Source: Candidatus Poseidoniaceae archaeon
GTDB taxonomy: Archaea; Thermoplasmatota; Poseidoniia; Poseidoniales; Poseidoniaceae
NCBI GenBank assembly: GCA_943789275.1
Contig: CALSTM010000001.1
Coordinates: forward strand, 1-32,000
Direction: 5' to 3'
Length of the DNA: 32,000 nt
The translations under genes were made by a program, and so were the position numbers. Below the pieces are notes generated by a model, which had not been told where the DNA came from, did not search any database, and worked only from the letters and a program-made list of their open reading frames with translations. Of the stretch, positions 7,255 to 15,376 are shown in pieces (position 1 is the first letter of the stretch; the number at the start of each line of letters is the position of its first letter).

Positions 7255-8931
7255 TCAAATTTGAGACACTTCGCCCTCTGCCAGTGGCGGAAGACCCTTT
7301 TTAGCACGGATATAATCGGTGTAATTACCATAGTATACGGTGACTACGCCATCTTGTAATTCCCAGATGCGGTTGACCACTTGGTCGAGGAACCATCGGT
7401 CGTGAGAGACGGTGATGAGCGATCCTTCGTAACCCTTCAACGCCTCTTCCAAGGTATCTTTTGAATCCATGTCCAAGTGATTGGTAGGCTCGTCCATCAG
7501 CAACAAGTTGTTCTCTTCAAGCAACAGTTTGAGCAGTGCAACACGAGCTCGCTCACCACCCGATAACTGTGAGAGTTTGGTGGTGACTTGGTTTCCAGAA
7601 AATTGGAAACGCCCCAAAGCAGCACGAATATCGCCGTACTGGAAGTCAGGTCGAAGTTTCTGAATCTGTTCAACCGGTGAGAGATTGAAATCAAGGGTAG
7701 CGTGGTCTTGGTGGAAGTATCCAATCTCACACCCCGGGGCTAAATCACGGATGCCACTGGTGAGTTTCTCATCACCGTTGATGAGTTTCAGAAGCGTGGT
7801 TTTTCCTTGGCCGTTACCGCCAACAATACCAATTCGGTCGCCTTTTCGAACTTCTAAATCTTGGTTCTTCAATATAGGACGTTCCAGGCCTTCATAGATT
7901 TTGGTTGCACCGTCGAGTTGTAAAACATCCATGCTTGCCTTGTCGGTGGCTTCCAGTGTGAGGATGAGCGGCTTTCGCTTCTTCGGGACGCGAGCACGCA
8001 GTGCCTTCAGTTCCTGTTGCATGCGCTCAATCATCTTCTGTTTTGCAGAAATGGACTTGTCGTACTTGTTGGCACGTTTCATCTGTTTGAGAGCGCCGGT
8101 GGTTGCAGCGATTTTCTTTTCAACCGTGTGAATCATATCACCAAGAGCAGCCTCAGTCGCAATCTTTTGGCGTAAGAATTGACTGTAATTGCCCTTCCAT
8201 GGCCAAGCCCGAAGGTTGTCGACTTCGACGATTCGTGTGCACACTTGGTCGAGGAAATATCGGTCGTGAGAGACAATCAGTTGAGCACCTTTGAAATCTT
8301 TCAAGAACCCTTCAAGCCATTCAGTCGTCTCGATGTCCAAGTGGTTGGTTGGCTCGTCAAGGAACATGACATCGACACCAGCAAGTCCAACCAGTTGCCG
8401 AGCAAGGGCGAGTTTTGCCTTTTCTCCGCCAGAGAGTTTGTTGACTTCCATGTCCATTGGGTGCTTGTCCAGGCCGAGCCGTGCAAGGGTTGCTTTGGCG
8501 ATGCTTGCGACGTTACCGCCACCGCTTGCTCCAAGCGTTTGCTGAAGTTCAGAATAGCGTTCCATGACCGATTCCCAATCGCCTTCATAGAACGCTGGGT
8601 CGGCCATTTGTGATTCAATGGAAGCAATCTCCTCTTCAAGTTCTTGGAATTGTCGACCTTTACGTCCGAGTTCCTCTTCGATGGTGGAATCCGATTCAAT
8701 ATCACGAATCTGGGTCAAGTAAGCAATACGGATTCCGGGGGCATATTCGATTTCACCAACATCTTGCGATTGTTCGCTGATGGTGTTGAGGAGCGTGGTC
8801 TTTCCAGCACCGTTGTGCCCGACAATTCCGATTCGGTCGCCGTCTTGAACCAGGAGATTGATGTCAAGCAAGACATCAACAGGGCCGAAACTTCGGTCGA
8901 CGCCTTCGATGTTGATGAGTTGGCGTGGCAT
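7255..8931 (-). CDS. ABC-F family ATPase (two ABC cassettes, no membrane domain)
   Basis: Walker A motifs GHNGAGKTTLL and GGNGQGKTTLL. Signature motifs LSGGEKAKLALARQL and LSGGERARVALLKLL. Walker B motifs MFLDEPTNHLD and LLMDEPTNHLD. A charged inter-cassette linker is present and there are no TM segments. Confidence 0.9.
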   Translation of the reverse strand: MPRQLINIEGVDRSFGPVDVLLDINLLVQDGDRIGIVGHNGAGKTTLLNTISEQSQDVGEIEYAPGIRIAYLTQIRDIESDSTIEEELGRKGRQFQELEEEIASIESQMADPAFYEGDWESVMERYSELQQTLGASGGGNVASIAKATLARLGLDKHPMDMEVNKLSGGEKAKLALARQLVGLAGVDVMFLDEPTNHLDIETTEWLEGFLKDFKGAQLIVSHDRYFLDQVCTRIVEVDNLRAWPWKGNYSQFLRQKIATEAALGDMIHTVEKKIAATTGALKQMKRANKYDKSISAKQKMIERMQQELKALRARVPKKRKPLILTLEATDKASMDVLQLDGATKIYEGLERPILKNQDLEVRKGDRIGIVGGNGQGKTTLLKLINGDEKLTSGIRDLAPGCEIGYFHQDHATLDFNLSPVEQIQKLRPDFQYGDIRAALGRFQFSGNQVTTKLSQLSGGERARVALLKLLLEENNLLLMDEPTNHLDMDSKDTLEEALKGYEGSLITVSHDRWFLDQVVNRIWELQDGVVTVYYGNYTDYIRAKKGLPPLAEGEVSQI

Positions 8932-9014
8932 GTTCTCCCCAGTTCACGGCCCTCGTCAACCCCTCATAAACTGCATGGCCTGTTTTACGGCACTCAAGGT
9001 GTCTCATGGTATGA

Positions 9015-9347
9015 TTAATCGTACATCGTGAACGCATTCTTACGCCCACTGCGTGCCATCAGTTTTTGTTGAGATTCTGTTTTGATGGCTTTATGTTCTG
9101 CAAGTTCATTTCGCATACCTGGGCAAGCAACGATGCAAACTGCGACGCCTATGAGGACCCCGGCAGGTACCGAATACAGCAGTGGAATCGAGAGAATGAT
9201 GGTGTTGGCAATGCCGACCAGGAATCCGACAAAACTTCCGACACCGATTGGTTTCTGAACGATTTTTGGGATCAATCTCGAACCGTAGAGTGAGCCAAGA
9301 CGTTCGGTGGTGGCGAACTCTCCAACGTTTGTGGATTGTTTTGCCAT
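9015..9347 (-). CDS. small hypothetical membrane protein
   Basis: 110-aa ORF with two hydrophobic stretches (IGVGSFVGFLVGIANTIILSIPLL, AGVLIGVAVCIVACPG). No motif was recognised. Confidence 0.45.
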   Translation of the reverse strand: MAKQSTNVGEFATTERLGSLYGSRLIPKIVQKPIGVGSFVGFLVGIANTIILSIPLLYSVPAGVLIGVAVCIVACPGMRNELAEHKAIKTESQQKLMARSGRKNAFTMYD

Positions 9348-9437
9348 GAATTCAGTTACTCTTGACGGGTTATAACCTCTTTCCCGTCAATTTAGCCCAA
9401 AACACGGCTTTTTGCCGATTTGTTCTTCGCGAAGTGC

Positions 9438-11366
9438 TCAGAATGCCTTGATTTCTTCATCGTGAAGCTTCAGTAGGTTTCGCAACTTGACCTTCATTGA
9501 AGGTGTCAACATGTCGTTATCCGTTGTCCACTCGACAGGGTCGAGAATCAGGTTTGCAGCACGCTCATAGCCTTTCCAAGTTGGAGCTTGCATGTTCTTT
9601 TCTCTCAATTCAGCAAGAAGCCACTCACGGGTTGAAGCACGAGCACAAATGTCGGCATTGCTGCCAGATGCATCGACGCCAGCACTGGTAAGGGCCGGCT
9701 TGAGGGCATCCATATTCGGGTGAACGATGAGGTAGGTCTTCAACATGTTTCGACCATCGAGAACGGCTTGTTCAACGAGCGGTGAAAGTTTGAGGTTTTC
9801 TTCAAGAGGAGCAGGAGACACGTACTTTCCGTTTTCCAACTTGAATTGGCTCTTGACACGGCCGGTAATCGAAAGGTAGCCATCGGATGATAGTTTACCC
9901 AAGTCTCCAGTTCTGAAGACACCCGGTTCCATAATCACTTCTTTGGTAGCAGCCTCGTTGTTCCAGTATCCTTGCATAACGTTTGGACCATGAACAATGA
10001 TTTCTCCTTCGTCAGGGCGTTCAGGGTCGTCCCATGCATCGGTATCGATGGTCACTTTGACGCCGTTAGCAACTCGGCCTACACAGCGCAGTTTCGAGGT
10101 GCCTGGTCCAGCCCATCCGTTGGCAGAAACCAGCGGTGAAGTTTCGGTTAGGCCGTAACCTTCGTAGCAACTGAATCCAACTTGCTGGATGAATGCCGCT
10201 ACATCGGGGGAAAGTGCGGCTGCACCGGACATACAGAATCGGATGTTACCACCAAATCGAGCACGAACCTTTGACCAAACGAGTTTGTCGTAGAACTTGT
10301 CGAAGAAACCAGATGCAGGAACAGCGTCACATTCGACACCAGCCTTTTCAATTCGCTTTGCAGCGGATTTCTTTGCTTTACCAATCAAGAACTTCTTGAC
10401 ACCTGTTGCTTCATTGAATTGACTGTTGACTCGGTCGTAGAACTTGTTCCACACACGAGGTACTGCCAGAAGAACTGCAGGCTTGATTTCGATGCACTCA
10501 TCTGCAATACGAGTGAGTTCTGAAATGAGGTTAATGTGGACACCGCAGCGAATCATCCAGTGCAAGTCAAAGGTGCTACCAAAGGAGTGAGCCCAAGGAA
10601 GGAAAGCAGCGTTCTTATCGCCGACATAGACCTTGAATGCGGATTGAACGCACAGTACGTTGGACAGCGTGTTCCAGTTGGTGAGCATGACACCCTTTGG
10701 GTTGCCAGTGGTACCGGAAGTGTAGATGAGCGTGTTGAGTGCAAACGGATCGTCTGCAACTTCAAACGTGTTCTCGCTTGCTCGTCCTGCGGCAACGAAA
10801 TCAGCCCATGCGTGTACTTCGATTCCTTCAGGAGGTATTTCATTTGCCGGTTCGTCACCGAGCAAAACCACACCGCATCGAGGCCATGCTGCAGCATCGC
10901 TTGGAAGGTGCTTGACCAGTTTGTCAAGGATTTCTGTGTTTGCTACTGCGAGCATCGAAGGTGTAGAATCGTTGAGGATGTACGCCCATTCATCGCCGTG
11001 TTGGTGCGTGTACATAGCGGTGTATGCTGCACCGATTCCGTTTGCGCCGTAAGCCATAGCAGCCCACTCGACACTGTTGTCAAGAATCAAAGCAATTCGT
11101 TCACCGGCTGCGACTCCTGCATCTGCCAGTTGCTGGCCAACAGCGGTGGCGAGTTCTCCGAATTCGTTGTATGTAATGTGGACACGTGGTGCGCCCTTAG
11201 CAGGAATATATCCGAAGCAATCGTTTGGTCCAAATCGTCCGACGCTGGTCATCAACATCTGGTAAACAGTACGTGGGTCATCGCCCTCGGGTTTCTCCCA
11301 TTGTCGGTCGTCCGGTTGTCGCTCCCATGCCATCTGCAGTTCTGCCATGAACACTAAGTGTAGCAT
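9438..11366 (-). CDS. long-chain fatty-acid--CoA ligase (AMP-forming, ANL superfamily)
   Basis: LIYTSGTTGNPKGVMLT AMP-binding motif, plus GYGLTETS, FRTGDLG and KLENGKYV. About 640 aa, as in ACSL-type enzymes. An alternative start ATG lies at 11348. Confidence 0.9.
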   Translation of the reverse strand: MLHLVFMAELQMAWERQPDDRQWEKPEGDDPRTVYQMLMTSVGRFGPNDCFGYIPAKGAPRVHITYNEFGELATAVGQQLADAGVAAGERIALILDNSVEWAAMAYGANGIGAAYTAMYTHQHGDEWAYILNDSTPSMLAVANTEILDKLVKHLPSDAAAWPRCGVVLLGDEPANEIPPEGIEVHAWADFVAAGRASENTFEVADDPFALNTLIYTSGTTGNPKGVMLTNWNTLSNVLCVQSAFKVYVGDKNAAFLPWAHSFGSTFDLHWMIRCGVHINLISELTRIADECIEIKPAVLLAVPRVWNKFYDRVNSQFNEATGVKKFLIGKAKKSAAKRIEKAGVECDAVPASGFFDKFYDKLVWSKVRARFGGNIRFCMSGAAALSPDVAAFIQQVGFSCYEGYGLTETSPLVSANGWAGPGTSKLRCVGRVANGVKVTIDTDAWDDPERPDEGEIIVHGPNVMQGYWNNEAATKEVIMEPGVFRTGDLGKLSSDGYLSITGRVKSQFKLENGKYVSPAPLEENLKLSPLVEQAVLDGRNMLKTYLIVHPNMDALKPALTSAGVDASGSNADICARASTREWLLAELREKNMQAPTWKGYERAANLILDPVEWTTDNDMLTPSMKVKLRNLLKLHDEEIKAF

Positions 11367-11404
11367 TAAGCACTTGAATGGTTCGCCGGTTTTTCAATGG
11401 GATT

Positions 11405-12172
11405 TTACCCGTTCAATACTGAAATGACGTTTTCCCGCCAGTCTGCTCCTTCGTTGCGGTTGGCCAAAGGACTTGCAGGACTGGGGTGCCAACAGGTGTC
11501 AATACGCACACTGCGGCCGTCTCTGCTCGTGCCATCACCCGATTTTCCGGCCTCCAATGCCATTCGAGCTCGTTGTTCGGCATACTTCCCAACACCGATG
11601 ATTCGTGTAATACCCATAATGTCGACCACGTCAAGGAGGTGCTCATCGCATGCTTTCAGAATCGGGTTCATAACGGATGCTGGAAGGTTATTCGGTGTGA
11701 TGTTTTTCCCCGTTTCGCCAAGGAGTAACAGTGGGCAATGATTGACAACGAAGATGTTGCTGAAGGTCGATTCAGCCGAACCATAGTGCTGTTCCATGAG
11801 ATTCCATAATCGCGTTCCTGAGATTTCTTGCCGTTCGAGAGCCATTCCTTCAATTGGACGTTTTGGATGTGCGTTTTCTGGGGTCTTCAGTTCACGGGCT
11901 TCAATTTCCAGAAACGATTGTGCAACGGCAGTTGCACCGAACGGCACGCCGGTTTGCGCCATGCCCCAAGGGCCAGGATTCATTCCAAGCAGCAGCGTGT
12001 GGCTGCCGAGGTTTCCCCATTTGAGCAAGAATTGTTCATGGTGGGGCCAAGCATAGTCGAGTGGGTTTGTGGCATGGGCAACAATGGTTTTTTTCTCAAG
12101 AGTCGCAATTGCGGCATCGCATATCTTGGACAAGCGCTGCGCTGCTTGTGCAAGTTGTTCGCCGATGTCCAT
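11405..12172 (-). CDS. SMUG1-type uracil-DNA glycosylase (UDG family 3)
   Basis: LGMNPGPWGMAQTGVPFG and WHPSPASPLANR closely match the two SMUG1 signature motifs (GMNPGPxGMAQTGVPFG; HPSPRNPxAN). Confidence 0.85.
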   Translation of the reverse strand: MDIGEQLAQAAQRLSKICDAAIATLEKKTIVAHATNPLDYAWPHHEQFLLKWGNLGSHTLLLGMNPGPWGMAQTGVPFGATAVAQSFLEIEARELKTPENAHPKRPIEGMALERQEISGTRLWNLMEQHYGSAESTFSNIFVVNHCPLLLLGETGKNITPNNLPASVMNPILKACDEHLLDVVDIMGITRIIGVGKYAEQRARMALEAGKSGDGTSRDGRSVRIDTCWHPSPASPLANRNEGADWRENVISVLNG

Positions 12173-12661
12173 GCTTACGGGAAGTAAAGACGCTACATGA
12201 GTCTATTCTTCGTCTTCACGTCGAATCGAGATGAGGAATCCTGCACTGATTGCTACTGCCGTTCCAACCATGCCGAGTGCTGGTAATGAATCGCCGTCTA
12301 CGGCAATTGTTCCGTTGTCATCAATGGTAACCTCAAGGCCATCGCATGCTGTCCCTACCCCATTGCCATCCAAATCAGCTTGGTCAGAATTGGCGATAAG
12401 CGGACAATTGTCATTCGCATCGGCCACTCCATCGCCGTCATCATCAGCATCGGTATTGTCGCCAACACCATCGCCGTCAAGATCAGATTGTTCAGTTGGG
12501 TCATTCGGGAATGCGTCATCAGCATCGGCCAATCCATCACCGTCAGTGTCTCCATCGCACACATCGCCTAAGCCATCTTGGTCAAGATCAGATTGATCAG
12601 AGTTGTTTGTGGTAGGGCAATTATCCAATGTGTCGATGATTCCGTCGCCATCGGTATCTGT

Positions 12662-12863
12662 GGTGTTGTTACCGCCGGTGTTGTTGCCGGTGTTGTTACC
12701 GCCAGTGTTGTTACCGCCGGTGTTGTTTCCGCCGGTGTTGTTCCGCCGGTGTTGTTACCGCCAGTGTTGTTACCGCCGGTGTTGTTACCGCCGGTGTTGT
12801 TTCCGCCGGTGTTGTTACCGCCGTGTTGTTACCGCCGCCCGTGTTGTTACCGCCAGTGTTGTT
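12662..12863. repeat. 15-nt microsatellite, ~13.5 units of GGTGTTGTTACCGCC (minus strand GGC GGT AAC AAC ACC = GGNNT)
   Basis: Read directly from the sequence. There is one 12-nt unit (12677-12688), two 14-nt units (12734-12747, 12823-12836) and one extra GCC (12837-12839). Confidence 0.9.
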
Positions 12864-13181
12864 GCAATCAACTTCGATGTTGTAGTAAAACGGGCTGTTT
12901 GAAAACAAATTGCTCAATCCAGAATCCGCTGGATTAAGCATTATTGTGTAAACACCAGCAGAGAGTACAGATGTATTGAAGGTCCAATCATAAGATACAA
13001 TGCCCGACGAATTTATGTTGATCAACGGACTTCCGGAAGCAACAATCGCTGAGCCACTCGTGATTTCCCACTCAAGATAGAATTCAGTTGCATTAAGTCC
13101 GCTGATTGTCATGAATATTTCAATGTCTTCTGCAGTACTGAAGCAATATTGTGGTAAATAAGCATTGTAAGTTAATTGAGT

Positions 13182-14718
13182 GGTGTTGTTTCCGCCGTTG
13201 TTTCCTCCACCGCTTGTTTGATTCAAGACCGAGAAGTAATCGTAATCGGAATCCAATTGTATCCAGGTTTGGTTGGCATCATAATAGCCAAGAACAGCAT
13301 AGAAATCATACGTTCCTGATTGGGTGAGCGTGGTGTTCCAAATTTCATTGGTATAGGTTGAGTTGCTTGCGATCCACGACATGTTTCCTGAATCAACGGT
13401 AGAGTTCGATGCGTCAAGAATCGAGTAATCAAGGGTCATGGTCATGTTCACAAGTCCACAATAGACGCTCATGCTTCCGGTGAAGGTGTCGTTCACGTAG
13501 TAGTACGATGAATACGAATAGGCATAGAGGGAAGTGTATGACGCATCATCACCGCATCCACCGGTGTTGTTTCCGCCGTTGTTTCCTCCACCGCTTGTTT
13601 GATTCAAGACCGTGAATGTATCATAGCCCGTATCCAGTTGTATCCAGGTTTGGTTGGCATCGATAATAGCCAAGAACAGCATAGAAACCATACGTTCCAG
13701 ATTGAGTGAGCGTGGTGTTCCAAATTTCATTGGTATAGGTTGAGTTGCTTGCGATCCACGACATGTTTCCTGAATCAACGGTAGAGTTCGATGCGTCAAG
13801 AATCGAGTAATCAAGGGTCATGGTCATGTTCACAAGTCCACAATAGACGCTCATGCTTCCAGTAAAGGTGTCGTTCACGTAGTAATACGATGAATACGAA
13901 TAGGCATAGAGGGAAGTGTATGACGCATCATCACCGCATCCACCGGTGTTGTTTCCGCCGTTGTTTCCTCCACCGCTTGTTTGATTCAAGACCGTGAATG
14001 TATCATAGCCCGTATCCAGTTGTAGTCCAGGTTTGGTTGGCATCGATAATAGCCAAGAACAGCATAGAAACCATACGTTCCTGATTGAGTGAGGGTGGTG
14101 TTCCAAATTTCATTGGTATAGTTTGAGGTGCTTGCGATCCACGACATGTTTCCTGAATCAACGGTAGAGTTCGATGCGTCAAGAATCGAGTAATCAAGGG
14201 TCATGGTCATGTTCACAAGTCCGCAATTGACGCTCATGACACCGGTGAAGGTGTCGTTCACGTAGTAGTACGATGAATACGAATAGGCATAGAGGGAAGT
14301 GTATGACGCATCATCACCGCATCCCCGGTGTTGTTTCCACCGGTGTTGTTTCCGCCGTTGTTTCCTCCACCGCTTGTTTGATTCAAGACCGTGAATGTAT
14401 CATAGCCCGTATCCAGTTGAGTCCAGGTTTGGTTGGCATCATAATAGCCAAGAACTGCATAGAAACCATACGTTCCTGCTTGCGTGAGGGTCGTGTTCCA
14501 AAATTCGTAGGTATAGTTTGAGGTGATTGGGACCCACGACATGTTTCCTGAATCAACGGTAGAGTTGGATGCGTCAAGAATCGAGTAATCAAGGGTCATG
14601 GTCATGTTCACAAGTCCGCAATTGACGCTCATGACACCGGTGAAGGTGTCGTTCACGTAATAATACGATGAAAACGAATAGGCGTAGAGGGAGGTGTAAG
14701 ACGCATCGTTGCCACAAC
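13182..14718. repeat. tandem ~381-bp repeat, 4 near-identical copies (127-aa domain plus GGGNNGGNNTGG linker)
   Basis: The landmark cgcttgtttgattcaagacc recurs at 13211, 13592, 13974 and 14371, giving periods of 381, 382 and 397 nt. The encoded unit is CGDDASYTSLYAYSYSSYYYVNDTFTG...LGYYDANQTWIQLDTGYDTFTVLNQTSGGGNN. Confidence 0.9.
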
Positions 14719-14800
14719 CTGTAGAGCTGTTTCCACCACCGGTGCCGCCATCTGTGTCTTCGGTTGCATCGCGGCATCCGTCTCCATCAGCATCGGTCGT

Positions 14801-15046
14801 GTTTGAAGAAATCCAACCAAGGTCACCAGTCATACATGAGTCATCGGCATCCAATACTCCGTCGTTGTCATCATCCAAATCTTCAGATGAGTCTTGGCAA
14901 CCATCAGAATCGTAATCGGTCGTGTTTGAAGAAATCCAACCAAGGTTACCCACCATACATGAGTCGTAGGCATCGACAAGTCCGTCGTTGTCATCATCCA
15001 TATCTTCAGACGAGTTGTCTTTACAACCGTCACCGTCATGGTCAGT
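14801..15046. repeat. 123-bp (41-aa) tandem repeat x2 (+ partial third) encoding TSP3-type modules
   Basis: gtttgaagaaatccaaccaagg recurs at 14801 and 14924. The encoded units are D(H/Y)DGDGC(K/Q)D(N/S)SED(M/L)DDDNDG(L/V)(V/L)DA(Y/D)DSCM(V/T)G(N/D)LGWISSNTT. Confidence 0.8.
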
Positions 15047-15297
15047 AATGTACGAAGAGGTCCAGTTTGTTTCTCCGTTTGGACAGTCGTCATTGGTATC
15101 GTATATTCCATCTCCATCCGTATCGGTGGTGTTGTTCGAGGACATGACTACGGTTGGTGAATCAAGTTCTGTGGCACGTTCTTCGCCCGGAATTTGGTTC
15201 AAGTGGCCAGTGAAAGCTTGTCCCAGTAAAAGCAGCATGAAGAGGATGGATACTGAGGTCGCAGGCTTGAGTTGCATGGACGCGCTACAGCATCTCA

Positions 15298-15357
15298 ACT
15301 TAAATGGTAGGGGATGTGTTTTGCTTTCGACAAGTATATTCATAATAAATATATATC
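15298..15357 (-). promoter_or_regulatory. AT-rich upstream region of the surface-protein gene with TATA-like elements
   Basis: On the minus strand, ATTTAAGT (15305-15298) lies ~27 nt upstream of ATG 15277. That spacing fits an archaeal TATA box driving a leaderless mRNA. A longer ATATATATTTATTATGAATATA tract sits at ~15336-15357. No experimental support. Confidence 0.25.
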
Positions 15358-15376
15358 CACCCACTCTGGGTAAAAA

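Larger units (their letters stand above)
12203..15277 (-). pseudogene. large secreted, C-terminally anchored surface glycoprotein (TSP3 repeats + 4 tandem 127-aa domains + 1 diverged domain + (GGNNT)n linker + TSP3 repeats), split by six 1-nt indels
   Basis: The signal peptide MQLKPATSVSILFMLLLLGQAFTG starts at ATG 15277. Thrombospondin type-3 calcium-binding repeats (DxDxDGxxDxxD) occur at both ends. The ORF pieces 14258-15364, 13986-14261, 14003-14197, 13621-14106, 12711-13814 and 12203-12628 join into one reading frame. Joining requires correcting indels at ~14326 (-1), 14045 (+1), 14025 (+1), 13662 (+1), ~12823 (-1) and ~12743 (-1). Confidence 0.7.

Noticed and set aside
10536-11357. 273-aa plus-strand ORF opposite the acyl-CoA ligase
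   Set aside because: It is an antisense shadow ORF. The minus-strand gene has unambiguous ANL-family motifs.
12662-12863. Possible CRISPR array (regular short repeats)
   Set aside because: The units are contiguous 15-mers with no spacers. They are in frame with flanking coding sequence, and no cas genes are present.
12578-12937. Plus-strand ORFs (12578-12937, 12603-12902) encoding PPVLL/CCYRR repeats
   Set aside because: They are the antisense reading of the (GGNNT)n microsatellite inside the minus-strand surface-protein gene. The open frame is a by-product of the repeat.
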